Positions 41,625 to 56,440 of a stretch of DNA of 64,000 nt are shown here, piece after piece (position 1 is the stretch's first letter; each line of letters opens with the position of its first letter). The translations under genes were made by a program, and so were the position numbers. Source of the DNA: the human T2T-CHM13v2.0 reference genome, Homo sapiens; NCBI RefSeq assembly GCF_009914755.1, contig NC_060938.1; one strand, written 5' to 3'. The notes under the pieces are model-generated. The model did not search any database. It was not told where the DNA came from and saw nothing but the letters and a program-made list of their open reading frames with translations.

Positions 41625-41985
41625 TGTGGTAGACCTTACTATTGGATGAACATTATACTTCCCTGCCCCAGGAGAGTTGAGGTTTGGCCATATGACTTGC
41701 TTTGGCCAGTGAAATGTGAGCAGCAGTGACAGGCGTCACTTCTAGACAGAAGTTTTAAGAATTAGTGAGTGATTCCGTATGTCAATCTTTTTTCCCTCTG
41801 CTGTGAAACCATGAGTTCCCCAGATCCAGGAGTCCCAGTGTCACGCCATCAGCCCAGGAGTGAAATCAACAGAGCAGTCCATGGCCAACTCGCAATGAAC
41901 ATGTATTACAAATGAAAAATAACCTTTCTTATTGTAAGCCACCAAGATTTTGTGATTGTTATCACAGCATAACCACACCCACCTT
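41625..41985 (+). mobile_element. MLT1I-like LTR
   Basis: TTGGCCATATGACTTGCTTTGGCCAGTGAAATGTGAGCAGCAGTGACA..GTCACTTC...TTGTAAGCCACCAAGATTTTG. Confidence 0.72.
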
Positions 41986-42025
41986 GATGTTGTTTTTGTA
42001 CACTAGTTGTGTCCAATAAAGTTGA

Positions 42026-42359
<334 letters not shown>

Positions 42360-42889
42360 TCCCTACTGACTTTTCACTGGGAAATGATTGACTGATGCCG
42401 GTAGATGACACTAAACCCTCCATAGACTATGTGTAGCTTCATTTGTTATATTCATGGCTCTCCCACACTGTTCTTCCTGCCACTCCTAAAGGACAAGGCT
42501 TTATCAATCTGGGTTGTAATGTCCCATTTTTTTTAATTGGTGGGACCATCTAATTCATACTTTTATGTATCCTAGCCTGAACATTCGAGGTGAGTCAACT
42601 GGTTGTATCAAGGATACCCACATCCTCATCCTCTTCCCCCACTCTGAGTTCAGAGCATTCTGCATTGGCCCTGTTTGTCCCATGGCCCCATGGCAGCACC
42701 CTCCCCTGCGGCCAGCCATCCTTGCCCTTTACTGTGTCTCCCTGCTTCCTTGCCAAAAGCATTTGCCTTTGGGGCTGCTGTGCACCTTTCCTCTTTCTGT
42801 TACTTCCTGGCCAGCCCAAGACAGGCTGCAGATGTTGGAGTTTCTGAAGTTTGGAAAGATGGTATGCTCATACAGAAATATTGAGTGTT

Positions 42890-43198
42890 GGCTGGACACG
42901 GTGGCTCACACCTGTAATCCCAGCACTTTGGGAGGCTGAGGCAGGTAAGATCAAGAGTTCGAGACCAGTCTGGCCAACATGGCAAAACCCTGTCTCTACT
43001 ACAAATACAAAAAAATAGCGGGGCATGGTGGCGTGTGCCTGTAATCACAGCTGCTTGGGAGGCTGAGGAAGGAGAATTGCTAGAATCCTGGGAGCAGAGG
43101 TTGCAGTGAGCCGAGATCACGCCACTGCACTCCAGCCTGGGCCACAGAACAAGACTTCATCTCAAAAAAAAAAAAAAAAAAAGAAAAGAAAAAAAAAG
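42890..43198 (+). mobile_element. AluS with small left-arm deletion
   Basis: Dimer plus long A tail; TSD core AGAAATATTGAG on both sides. Confidence 0.93.
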
Positions 43199-43842
43199 AA
43201 ATATTGAGGTTTATCCAGGCAGGGATTGAGGCTGCCATCTGTGCCATTTGGTAGAAAGGAGGCTGAGATGTGGGTCAATGTGGGGGAGATTTATTGACCT
43301 TTGCCTCACATGACAGACGGAGCCGTGGAGCAAGAGGGAAAGCCAGGGGTGGACCCAGCAGGTAGGACAGGGGAAGAAAGAAACAGGGGTTTTGTGATGC
43401 CAACAAAGTATCAGGAGCTCTGGTCCATCCCCCTCCTAGCCCAGAGCTCCTCCCTTCTAGGAGACACAGGAAGGGAAGTTCTATTTTCTTTGCCTTCTTG
43501 GAAACCCAGGTAAGCCAGGTATGTGTGTGCATGTCTGAGAAGAAGAGGGGCTCAGGACCACAAGAGAGGAGGGGGCTGCAGGGAGGAGCACCCTTCTGGA
43601 TCCTTAGCCTCTCCTCTCACCCTGCTCCAAGGCTGCACACAGCAGCAGATCCTGGTACAAGTTCTGAGTCCTGGAAATGGGGAGGAGAGAGACAAAGGGT
43701 CAAGGTGAAGGCCTTGGGAGTGTATGTGGGTGGAGGCAACCGAAATTCTTCAGTCCTCTCCCTCTTCATGCGCTAATAAATGTGAAAGCCCTTTGTAAAC
43801 TGTGAAACATCACTGAAATGTAGAGTAGTGCTGTGGTGGTTG

Positions 43843-43864
43843 TGATGATGATGATGATGATGAT
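43843..43864. repeat. (TGA)7 STR
   Basis: Seen directly. Confidence 0.9.
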
Positions 43865-46211
43865 TTACTCTCCCTTTTGCCCCAGGAGTCTGCCCAGGTT
43901 CTCACCTGATGTCATTCCAAGAGAGTCTCAGAGTGACTCTGGCACCTAGCATGAGTCAACCCCAGGGCTCGATTTCTCTTAAGGGTACACGTCCTGGCCA
44001 CGTCCCCCAGCTTGCAGGGAGCTCTGTGTTCTGTGGCATTTTGGGTGCCCTGTCTCCCCTTACCCTCCTGGCCAGGGACTCATCCTCTGGTTCCACCCAC
44101 CCAAGCCCCCATCTCTCCCAAAACCACATTGCATTCACGTTTCCCCTGCACCCCTTCCCATCCAGCTGGAGATTAGCAGAGGCCTGCCTGGTCTAAACCC
44201 CTCACTGATACAAAGACTGGGGCCATCTGGAGGGCTCTAGGGATGGCTCTCAACTCAGCTCTGACGGAAGTCGATTGTCCCCCTTGCCCAGTACCTTCAT
44301 GCCCCAGCCCTTTCTCCCCAGGCTACTACAGTGCCCTGGCTGCCCCCAGCACGGAACCCCACCACCCTGTCCCTACTGTGGAGCCTGCCTTCCTTGGGCA
44401 GCACCCCAAATTCCAGACCTTTCATGGCTTCTTCAGCACCTCCCAGTTTGGTGACCCATCCTACCAAGCTCTGCTTTCCCCCTAGGGGCCGCCACCCAAT
44501 TACTGTAAGGCCTCAGCAGATGCTTAGGAAGCACCCAGCACTGAGGTAAGTGACATGTGGATATCAAGCGGGATGGGCTCCTCACCTTCAGGGGAGTTAG
44601 AGAAATAAAACGAGTACCTGGAAGAAGACACACATTCCAGGCAGCCAAGGCCCTGAGCAGTACTCTGTGTTCTATGGAGTTCAAGGAGTTTGGAGCTCTA
44701 TGGCGTCCAGAAGTGGGACCCAGTCCTTCATGGAAGACGAGCTTTGTCTGTGTAGAGAGAGCAGGGTAGACCTTGCTGCCCTAAGGCATTCCAGAGAGAT
44801 GAAGCTCTATTCTGTTTGGAAAAGACCTCCAGGGCTGGAGGCTTTGCTGCAGCCAGAACAATCCAGGCAGGTGGTTTTCCCCTTTGGCCCTTCTCAGACA
44901 CAGTGTGTGCACTGTGGCATCAACACCTGCTTGTCCCCAGGAGATGGAGAACAGCCGGTCACCGGCCTCAGTGCAACAACCCTGAGTGGTGCAGAAGATG
45001 GGTGGTCAGAGAGACCTGCCACTGCTGAGAGCCAAGAAAACCAGCCAAGAGGGGCCTTTTGGGAAAGGGCTGAGCAGACAACCCGCACCTGGCACCCACT
45101 ACCAGCCCTTAGTCTCTCTGACTTACAGACACATAGTTAGCTACCAGTCCAACAAGGGGTGGATGGGAGATGTTTGGGGCTCTGTGAGAGACAAGAAAAT
45201 TCCAACTCTTCTGTGTGGTGGGCATCCCCACCACATGAAAACGTGGCCCAGGTTGCGAGAGGAGGTGGCCCCACAATCCCAGAGCCAGGGAGTTTACTCC
45301 CAACCGAGGAGGCTGTGAAATGAGTGTGCTTCTGCTGTGTCTGGTGGTTACACATCTGCCCAGTGTGACTGACAGCCCAGCTGATGACGGCAAAGAAGCA
45401 GGGAGGGTGTCCCTGAGAGGGTTAGACCATGGGGAAGAGGAACCCACCTGGCCTCAAGGGCTGCTCACTACTCCAGGACTGGGTTTCCTTAGAGAAACAC
45501 AGAAAGAGCCCAGTGGGCGAAGGAGGTCAACTTCCTTCTGTCCGTTCCCCTTGGCCCTAACTACAGTCAGCCGCAATCATTGGAATGGCCAACATGTAGT
45601 GAGCACTTCCCACGTGCTCCTCATAGTGCTGCGCAGTGTGCAGAGGTCTCATTCCATCCTCCCTTAACAGCAATTCTGAAACGTGGGTTGGAAATATGCC
45701 CCCCCGCCACTGGACACCTGAGCAGACCTGAGGCTCAGGAGGTTTGGCAATTTTTCCCAGGGCCCCACAGCAAGAAGTGCCCAGATGTCCTCTCCAGGTT
45801 TCCCCCATCACCACATGACATAAGCTCCGAGGATATGCACTTTTATCATTCGTATGTCACAGATGAGAATATTGAGGCTTAAAGAGGTTAAGTGACTTCC
45901 CCAAGTTTACACAAGGAGCAGGGGGCAACATCAGGAAAGAACTGCAGGCTTTTTGACTTCAGAGCCCATGCTTGTAATCACCACTTTCTACTGCCTCTCT
46001 TCCAATCCCCTACCCATCCCTCACACAAGGAGCAGAGTGGGGTTCAGCCTATTTCTTCCAGAAAGAGTCCCTTTCTCCGAGAGTAATATGATCTATAACA
46101 TGAAGATGCACACAGGGGAAACACATCCAGCATGAGGACAGGCTCCTCAGAGCCATGGAGGCACAGGTGTGACCGTGATAAGTACAGAAAAGAGGGGGTC
46201 GTGCTGGGTAG

Positions 46212-46598
<387 letters not shown>

Positions 46599-46903
46599 TT
46601 TATTTTATTATTTTTGAGACAGGACTCATTCTGTCACCCTGGCTGGAGTGCAGTGGCACCATCACGGCTTATGGCAGCCTTGACCTCCCAGGCTCAGACC
46701 ATCCTCCCACCTCAGCTTCTTGAGTAGCTGGGACTACAGACGTGTGCCACCATCCCCAGCTAATTCTTTGTATTTTTTTGTAGGAACGGGGTTTCTCCAT
46801 GTTGCCCAGGCTGATCTCGAACTCCTGGATTCAAGTGATTCCCCCTGCCTCAGTTTCCCAAAGTGCTGGGATTACATTACAAGTGTGAGCCACCGTGCCG
46901 GCC
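46599..46903 (-). mobile_element. AluJ
   Basis: J-type antisense dimer with a micro-duplication ATTACATTAC. Confidence 0.92.
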
Positions 46904-48353
46904 TGTGCCCTTAATTTGAAAAACAGTTCCCTTAGTAATATCATGTGAGCATGGAATATCGTTGAATGAGACATCATCACGTCGATGTCTTTTTTATTGC
47001 TTATCACGGGTTGATGGTGGGGAGAAAAGGTGCCTCCTACTAAGGCACAATGGCACAACTGCCAAGAGGCCATGTCCCCTAAACACCAGCTTACTGTCCC
47101 CCCACCCAGCCTCGGGGCCGTGGCTGACCTCAGCCCCGACAGCAGGCCTTGTGCTGTAGGAGAAACTCCCTTCACCAAGAGAAGGCTCGGGAGATCCAGA
47201 ACATGCCTGCATCTCGGAGAATGCAAGGCCTAGGGCTGGGGAATATGGGGAGGGCCTCATTTTCTCACCTGCCAGCCTCACACAACCTCCAAACTGTCCT
47301 GAAACTGTTTCTTCAAACCAGGAAGATCACCCTGACTCAACTGAGAGGAGCCTCCAGAAGGATGAGATGGACTTGTGACTAAAGGCCAGTTCCTCTCCCA
47401 CCCTGTCCTCTCTCCTGAAAAGGATTTAATTGAGCATCTATACTCCCTCTCTCTGCATGTCTGCAGCACACCAAATCAGTGTGATTAGGGACACTGTGGC
47501 AAGTTAGTGTTCTGGCTTGGCCTCAGGGTCCCGTGGAGACAGGTCCAGCGGTGCTTCAGCCCTGGGCTCAAGCTGTGGCAGGGAGAGAGGCAGTCCAGCG
47601 GCAGCAAGGATGGGAAGAGCAGCTGGACACTCAGAGCATCGTCACCACAGCAGAAGGCAAACTCCAGCCCTGCCGCTCCCCTCTCCTCCACTTTGCTAAA
47701 ACAAGCCAGAGAAGAACTGCAGGCCTTCCCAGAGGACCCTCACCTGCCAGCCTCTCTAGCAAGTCTGAATGGAGGCCCCTCCCTGTCTACTTAGCCCTCT
47801 CCAGTGGTCCGGCACTACATTCCTCGCTCTATAATTTCTTCTACCTTGATCTTTAAGCGTTTTCTTGCCTGTGTAATCATTTCACCTTTCATGCCTGTTA
47901 GTGCTGTTTCTGAAAGAAAAGGGACTGTGTCATAGTCATAGCTGCACCCCGGGTAATATCCACAGACACATAGTAGATCTCAGGAAATGCTTGTTCTGAG
48001 AGTGGCTGGGCAGGGTAAGTTAGAACCCACCCCGGTGCTCCCTGCTCTTTCCCCACACTGCTACCAAAGCACCAGCCCTTCCACCATCACCTTCTCTGTT
48101 TCCCTGCCTCTCTGCACTGAGAGTCCTGGAGTCAGCACTCCTGTCCACTCACATTGGAATCCTCCTTGCCTAGCATGGTGGCTGGCACATAACTGTTATT
48201 GGTATTCACTCATTTCACATTTATTCCACGCCTTCCATCATGTATGTCTTAGAATGCTTTCTACACAATGTCTTTGATTTTTCAACAACAACTCCATAAG
48301 AGTCCATAAGGTGGGTATTCTCCCGTTTTACAGCTGGAAAAACTAAGGCAAGC

Positions 48354-48459
48354 AGAAGTTAAATGCCTTGACCAAGGCCAACCAGTGTGGCAAAATGTCT
48401 TGACCGAGGCCACCCAGTGTGGCAAGGAGAAGTTCAATGCCTTGACCGAGGCCACCCAG
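48354..48459. repeat. Three-copy 32-40 bp tandem amplification inside a MIR
   Basis: AATGYCTTGACCRAGGCCAMCCAG(TGTGGCAA) at about 48362, 48394 and 48436. Confidence 0.9.
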
Positions 48460-48904
48460 GCAGAGGCAAGATTCAAACCCAGGCCTCTCAGGTACCCAAA
48501 GCCTAGTTCTCTCTTGTAGACCGGCTGCTTCTCCAGCCTCAGGGTGAAAGCTCCTCCCATCCAAACATTCAAACTGTGGGTTACAGCGTGTGTCACTTCA
48601 GTGGAAAGTCTGTTTCTCCTCGAACCCAGGGAGAGGTCTCGGGGAGCTGCAGCCTGGAGCTTTCTACCGCCCATGTTGGGAGCATGGGAAGCGGGTGTTT
48701 TTCTTGCTTGCGGCCTTGGTGGCCATTTCCTACAGTGTATCCGCACTGGAGAATGACAGGAAGAAGTGGCTTCCGGCTGGTGCAGGGAGGAGCCTGCCTC
48801 TGCCTGCCCTACAGAGAAGGGATTTTTTTTTTGCTCCAAAGCAGCAGCCACTCTGCCTTGCCCTTGGACAGGGAACACAGGAGAACTAGGAAATGATGAG
48901 CTTG

Positions 48905-49035
48905 GGGTAGTTATTACATTTGTTTTTAATACAATTGATTAAGTTTATATAATTTCATCTTTAATAATGGCTGTGTTTAACCGCTGATTTCCAAAATGCC
49001 TGAAAATCGAGCAATCAGTGCTCATGAACCAATAT
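48905..49035 (-). mobile_element. MER63-like hAT fragment
   Basis: AAGTTTATATAATTT..TTTAATAATGGCTGTGTTTAAC...CCTGAAAAT matches the recalled antisense MER63. Confidence 0.65.
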
Positions 49036-49238
49036 TATATAGGACCAATTACTTCTCAGGGCTGTTGTAAATCCAAATACCATAATGTCAGTGTTCACCA
49101 GCAGGTTGCTGGAACCAGCTGTGTGACCTTGGGCAAGCTTCTTAACCAGCATATGCTTCAGGTCTTGCCCATCTGTAAAATGAGACCATTGTGAAGATAA
49201 TAGGATATATATATATATGTAAAGAACCTAGCCAGGGT

Positions 49239-49390
49239 AGACTGGGTGAGGTGGCTCACACCTGTAATCCCAGCACTTTGGGAGGCCAAGGTGGGTGGAT
49301 CGCTTGAACCCAGAGTTTGAAACCAGCCCTGGCAACATAGGGATACCCTGTCTCTAAAAAAGAAATAATAAAATAAAATAAAATAATAAA
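49239..49390 (+). mobile_element. FLAM_C-like monomer
   Basis: Left monomer plus (AAAAT)n; TSD AAAGAACCTRGCCAGGGT at 49221-49238 and 49391-49408. Confidence 0.9.
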
Positions 49391-49402
49391 AAAGAACCTG
49401 GC

Positions 49403-49531
49403 CAGGGTGGGACCAGGGTGACAGCGGCACTCACAAAGGACCAGGCACTCAGTCTCAGGGTCAGCAGCTGAATGCCTCCTTAAATTTTGTACACTAGGCC
49501 CCTCGCTTGCCTGACACTTGTCTGAGCCCCA
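49403..49531. mobile_element. MER96-like hAT MITE
   Basis: CAGGGTGGGACCAGGGTGA...GCCTCCTTAAATTTTGTACACTAGGCCCCTCGCTTGCCT. Confidence 0.6.
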
Positions 49532-51281
49532 CTCTTGGCACATAGTAGGTACGTGCTATTATTTACTACAAGAGCTTCAAGGAGGGTGTAACCTAACAGC
49601 AATGTAAAGATGAGGAAAGTTATCTAATAATACATGAGAAAAACACCAGCGTGGCACATTGTCCTGGGACATATGGTAGATACCCAATGAGCTTTTCAGA
49701 TAATGAGGGTTGTATTTCAGCAATGAAACCCACAGCCTGCTGAGGAGACATCTCTAGAAGATTCAGGGCTGTCTCTGAAAACACCTGCGACAAGCAAAAA
49801 TTTCTTTGCGTTGTTTTGAAAGATAAAAAATACTAATCTTCAAAATGTACTTCCTGCTGCATAGTAGGTAGATAGGCACCGTAAGATTGCTCTCCCCTAA
49901 CAATGCTTCTAGTGAAATTAACAGCAGGGGATGATGGGCCTGTTAACCCTGCAGCTTCCCAAGTTCCCTGACTCAACACTGGGCACCCACCACCCAGAGT
50001 CGGTGGTTGGCGGGGAGGAAGATGCTAAGACACTGGCCCTATGTGGGGAGGGGAGGGCTGTATGGGCTGGAGGAGGTAAGCTGTCACTCATTGAGGATGT
50101 ACAGAAGGGGAATTGGGGTTGACGCCTTGAATAGAATGGCTGGAAAATTCTAAAAGTATACTTTCAAAGGAGACAACCCTCAAATCTCTTCCCTAAATCA
50201 TTTCCTTTTAATGCAATATTTGGGCAGATTGGGGATTAATAGTGAGGTATTGTGATAAGAGCATTGGATTTGAAATTAAAAAGCTTGGTTTCCACTCCTT
50301 ACTACTTCCATAACCTTGGGCAAATCATCTGACCTCCAGAAGCTTCACTTCTCTATTTGTAAAGCAGGGACCATTGTGAGGAACAGGTGAAATGAAGTGT
50401 TATTACATAAATGTTCACAATGGCTGTGAACTGGTTGGCCATTTGAAGATCCCCAGTCAATGCTGCCAAGAGCCAGGAAGAAAGTTCCTTTGGCCTCCAA
50501 GATGCGTCAGGAGCACCGCAGGTGAGGGCCATTCATGCAGATAGATCCAGACCTTGGGAGAACCCTTGGACTTGCTCTTTTCCAAGCCTGATGATGCCGC
50601 AGGAACACAGTGGGGTTTTACATGGCAGCAGGTAACTAAGAAAGAGAAGTGAAGTGAATGAGAAAAGGCCAGAGACCTTCGGGAGGCTGGCAGATCCATC
50701 TGAACATGAGCTGTGGGGCAGTGGGGAGGTGCATGACCCAAAGGTGGAGGTATATACCCCAGGCAGCCCAAGGAACAGACCATGGCTGGACATCTCTCTC
50801 CCTCCCCACATCTCCACCGGAGCTATCACTCCACCCAAGGTAAACAGCAGAACCATATTGTCCAGTTTAAAAGCTCTTTTACTTGGCTTTTTGTAAGTGT
50901 ATTTCTTCTGTGTTTTATGTGGGGAGGAAAACTAATACCTCCTGATGATGCCACCTGCATTTGAAGTGGCTGCCATTTTCTTACACTCAAAAATAAACTT
51001 CCTTTAAGGATTGATAAACCAAGGAAAGCAGTAATGTCCTATGTGATACACACCTGGTTCTTTCCACAAAAATACCTTCTATTAGGAAAAAAAATCTTAT
51101 TAGATAAGCAAGTACAAACTTTTAGAAAAAAATAAACTGCTAAATTCAAATTACATGACTTTGACTCAACCTAATTCTCAGATTGGCTCTTTTCAGCTCT
51201 CCCCACCCACACACAATCCTCAATAAGTAGAGGCATAATGTGTTATCTCGCAGAGGTCATTGCTTTCTTAAAGATGATCAA

Positions 51282-51602
<321 letters not shown>

Positions 51603-51754
51603 TTAACAGAAAGCATAAGTGGAGAAGCTGCTGTAGGACAGAGACTTTCCCACACTCTAGCCAACAGCTTCTGACTCCTACTGTGCCTAAAATAGTAGAA
51701 TAAACACTGGTTTTGATTGTCCACCAGATCACAAGATGCCTAAGGGCATGAGCA

Positions 51755-52261
51755 TGTGGTAGACTATTTGCAAAAATGACTACAAGCATTCCTCTTCCTG
51801 TATCTATCCTCCTAAATATGACTTTGTAGTTTCTCCCACAGAGAGGTGGAGTCTATTCTTGAATCTGAGCTGGCCTTGTGATTTTCTTTGGCCAATGAAA
51901 TATAATGCAAGTACTGTTGTGCCAATTCCAAATCTAGCCCTCTGGAGCCTTGCCTGCCCACACTCATTCTCTTGGAGTGCTGCTGCCACCATGAGAACAA
52001 GCCCCAGCTAGGGCGGTAGGATAAGAGACCACGTGGAGCACCAATAAACTGTCCTAGCCGAGGCCATCTTAGACCACCAGCCCCCAGCCTTCCTGCTGGT
52101 GATCACAGATACATAAGTAAGCCCAGATGAGGCCAGAAGAACCACCTAGCTAAGCCCAGCTCAAATTTCCCACCCACTAAAGTGTGAGCTAAATAAGTGG
52201 TTGTCATTTTAAGCATTAATTTTGGGGGTGGTCTATTATGTAGCAAAAGCTAACAGACACA
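51755..52261 (+). mobile_element. MLT1H-like solo LTR
   Basis: TGTGGTAGA...GAGGTGGAGTCTATT..TTGAATCTGAGCTGGCCTTGTGA...AGCAAAAGCTAACAGACACA; TSD GAGCA/GGGCA. Confidence 0.82.
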
Positions 52262-52329
52262 GGGCAGGTATAGTACCTCTGTCAAGCCTCTTGGGCTCCA
52301 GTTGTGATGCTCAGCCTCTATGAACAGAA

Positions 52330-52760
52330 GAGGGGCTGCAGATGCTGTTGTTGGCCCACCACATCCCTTCACCCTCACCATTTCAGCGCATATCTGCCCA
52401 ATTCCACCTGCCAGTCCCTGTACCTGTGCCTGTGGGCTCTGTCTAGCCACCCTCACAGAAGGTCAGAAGTGTCAAGCAGCTCTCAACCCAGGACTGAGAG
52501 AGTTAGTGTATAAATACCCCAGCTCCCTCACCACTTGGATGTGCTGTCTCTGAGGCATGTGTCCTTCACTGGCTCCCCGATCTTCCCAGCGGCATCAAGG
52601 CCTAGACACCCAGAGTGATAACTAACTTGATACAAACCCTTTACTGGCTGCCTTCTCTTTCTGACTCACTTTCCCACTCACCTAGTGGTGCTTCTTGAAA
52701 TTACCTCTCAAACTACTTCCATTCAAATCCTTATCTTGGGGTTTGCTTCTAAGCAACGAA
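52330..52760 (+). mobile_element. LTR16-like (ERVL) LTR
   Basis: GAGTTAGTGTATAAATACCCCAGCTCCCTCACC...CTGACTCACTTTCCCACTC...CAAATCCTTATCTTGGGGTTTGCTTCT. Confidence 0.72.
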
Positions 52761-53459
52761 AGCAGATGGGCACCAGAGACAGGGCCACCACTCAAAGCCA
52801 TTGCTGTCATCAAGCCCCTTATGACTGGGTTTCGCTACTTCTCCCACCTCAGTCAGGAAGTAGCTGCCCACTAACCCACTCCCACTGCCCCTGAGCACAA
52901 GCACCCCAGGACAGCCCACCACGTGGTCCGCAGAACTACTTCCTCCACCATCTGTCTTTGTAAACAGTTAATGCTTTGTCCTTCACTTTCCAGTCCCGTG
53001 GCTGTCTCATTTCATGCTCTGGAGGATGGAGAAGGAAAAACTTGGAAAAGAGGAAGACCCAGACTTGGAACAAAAAGGTGTGGAGCAAGCTGGGCTATCC
53101 CCTACCTGTCCCTTTTACCCTAACCAAATCTGGCAAAAGGCCCAACCTAAGCCCCCATCAGTACCTAAGCCCCTCTGTAGTACTCAGAGGAAAGAGTTCA
53201 GCAAATATAGCCCCAGCCTCCCAGGGATCAGGGATTTGTTTGTCTGCCCAGCACGTACATTCAAAGATGCTTACTGAGTGCCTGTTACCTGCCAAGCACT
53301 GCTCTGGATGCTGGGAGACAGCAAGGAATGAAACAGACCAAAGCTCTGCTCTCATGTAGCTTATATTCTAGTGGGAGGCACAATACACACATACACACAG
53401 ACACTACATGTATGTATCAGCCCAGGCCAGGGGCATCTGTCTTACAGACTCATAGCACA

Positions 53460-53690
53460 GAGGAAGCAAAAGTGGGCATGGATTCTGAGGTCAGGCAGGC
53501 CTGCATTCAAATCCTGTCTCCGTCCTTAAGTAGCTGTGTGACCTTGGGCATGTTGGTTAACCTCTCTGCACCTGTTTCCTCCTCTGGGAGGCAGGGAATA
53601 ATAGCAGTACCTATCTCACAGCACTGTTGGAAGGATTAATGAGGTAGCACATGGCACATATAAACCCTTAATACACCTCAACTATTAAGG
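53460..53690 (+). mobile_element. MIR
   Basis: TTCAAATCCTG...TAGCTGTGTGACCTTGGGCATGTTGGTTAACCTCTCTG. Confidence 0.8.
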
Positions 53691-53845
53691 CAATCCTTGA
53701 GGTGGTGCCTCTGTTATATAACCTGCCATGTTTCTCTCAAACTCATCTGGCACAGGAGCCCAGTGGGGAAGGACATGAGTGAGGCTGGTGGGCTCCATTC
53801 CTTCAACATAGCCACCCTTTTCTTGCATGAAGAAGTAGTCTTTCC

Positions 53846-54160
<315 letters not shown>

Positions 54161-56132
54161 CTATTGCCTGTTTTTTTTAAAACACACAGCCCTTGAGTTT
54201 TTATTTTTCATTTTTTGATAGAGATACGGGTACAGAGAAAAATTTCTCTAACATTAGAGGACAGAAAGTTCAGGAGGTCCTGGGGACACATAGGGAGTGG
54301 TGGGGACTGGGGCAAACTGGAGAGCACTTTATAAAAAAAAACAAATACAGATACTATTTACATCCACATGGCTGATGCCAAATGGGAATATGAGCCGTCT
54401 ATGGCCAGATACCCCAGTTTTCCCAGAGACGCCAGAAATTTGAATAATTATTATTATTATTAAATCTTTTGATTTTTAAATGTTGGCTCGAAATATTTAG
54501 AAATATTGTATAAAGCACAGTACATTTTAATGGGTCTGTAGGCTGGCTCCACCGCATGGGCAGTGACCTTAAGACTACTCTCCTTTGCTCTTGTCTGCTA
54601 GGTCTCTACAGTCTGAGTTCTTCTGATGCAGGGACACCAAGATACACAGCTCCAGGGAGCACCATTTACATTTAACTCCTTGAGTCTCTGTGACTCAGGG
54701 AAGTATGCAGGGTTCCTCTGATACTCCCAGAGCCAGGTCAGTGTGGAGCTACAAGAGAACTTCTCTCCAAACCAGATGCTGCCAGGGGCCCAGAGTATCA
54801 CAAATTGTACTATCCTCTAATTATCTGCTCTCAAGTTAGTCTATTATTGTATCCATATTTGTACAGATTATACAAATTTGTATGGATTGTATTGTATCCA
54901 TTATTTGTATCCACAGGACAAAATCTGATCTGGTTAATTGATGGTTTCATTAGTTTATGTCTTGCCTCACCAACTAAAATGTAAACTCTATGCATGAGGA
55001 CCACATTCTATGCTTTTTGGAACCATACAGCACCTTCTACATTGCATTAGTACCCAATACCCATTTACGTGTTGACTGATTCATCACAGAGGTCATTCTG
55101 AATTGGTTGCTATTGTGTGTGGCATTTGGGTAACACTTGAGGATACAGAAGAGGAGAGTTCTTCCAGGAGCATATGCAGAAACAGGAAAATGTATTTCCC
55201 AACAAAATTTACTTCACAACAAAAAAATTAGCCATCTCTGTGCCTTCCACTTCAACACGCACCCACCATTCAGTGCCATCCTTTGCAAGTGTTGTTTTAA
55301 TGCTGTTATTAAGAATAGCTTATTTTGCATTTTCTCGCCAGTAAAATGGAAACATCCAGGCTTACTAGCCATCTCCTGGAGAGACCACAGAGAGCAGAAA
55401 GAAAGTATAAACTGATCCCATTTATAAAGTATATTTAAAATCAGAGAATAGTGGGTATGTTGTGGCTGAGCACACTATTAGATGGCTAAAACATATCAGG
55501 AAAGAAATCCTCAATTGTTCATTTGTGCCAGGGTTGAATGAGCTATATTTAACCTGATGATTATTTAATTAAATAGTTCCCTTGGAGTCTCTCTGCAGTC
55601 CTTATAATTTGTTATACAGAATACAATAGTAATTCATTTGCACTTGTATAATATTTACTCTTTGCTTCCCAGGGCTACTTTTTTTTTTTTTTTCAGTTTC
55701 GACAGGCCTAGAACCCCTAATAAAAGAGAGTTGAACAAACAGTTTGAGAACAGAGGAGTGAGTACAAACACAGAGTACTTGAATCACAAGATAGTCCAGC
55801 TGGAAGGAGCCTTGAAGATAACTGAATTCAACTCTGTCTTTTTACAAATGAAGCAACTGAGACCCAAAAAGGTCGGGTGACTCACCCCAGGACAAACAGC
55901 CGGAGAGGGGCCACATGTCCAATTCCTAATACTCATTCCACTACTCATTAACCTCAGGACACCACGGCTCCCTCAAACACCCACAGCCAGCTTTTGAAGG
56001 GCTAATCCCTTAGAATCGTGGGCTCTTAGAAGCTATGACACCTGTACCAATAGAAAAATCATCCATTCAGTAGGTAAGTGCCTGCTGAGTGCCAGGCATC
56101 AGCGTTGACATGAAATAGAACGGTGAACAGGA

Positions 56133-56440
56133 GGCTGGGCGCGGTGGCTCATGCCTGTAATCCCAGCACTTTGGGAGGCTGAGACGGATGGATCACTCGA
56201 GGTCAGGAGTTCGAGACCAGCCTGGCCAACATGGTCAAACCCTGTCTCTACTAACAATACAAAACTTAGCCAGGCGTGGTGGCAGGCGCCTGTAGTCCCA
56301 GCTACTCAGGAGACTGAGGCAGAAAAATCACTTGAACCCTAGAGGTGGAGGTTGCAGTGAACCGAGATCGAGCCACTGCACTCCAGCCTGGGTGACAGAG
56401 TGAGATTCTGCTTCAAACCAAAACAAAACAAAACAAAAAA
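56133..56440 (+). mobile_element. AluSx within an L2 relic
   Basis: Full dimer with (AAAAC)n tail; flanks resemble the antisense L2 3' end. Confidence 0.93.

Noticed and set aside
48282-48878. Longest ORF in the track (198 aa)
   Set aside because: Non-ATG start, runs through a MIR and its triplication, and has no domain resemblance.
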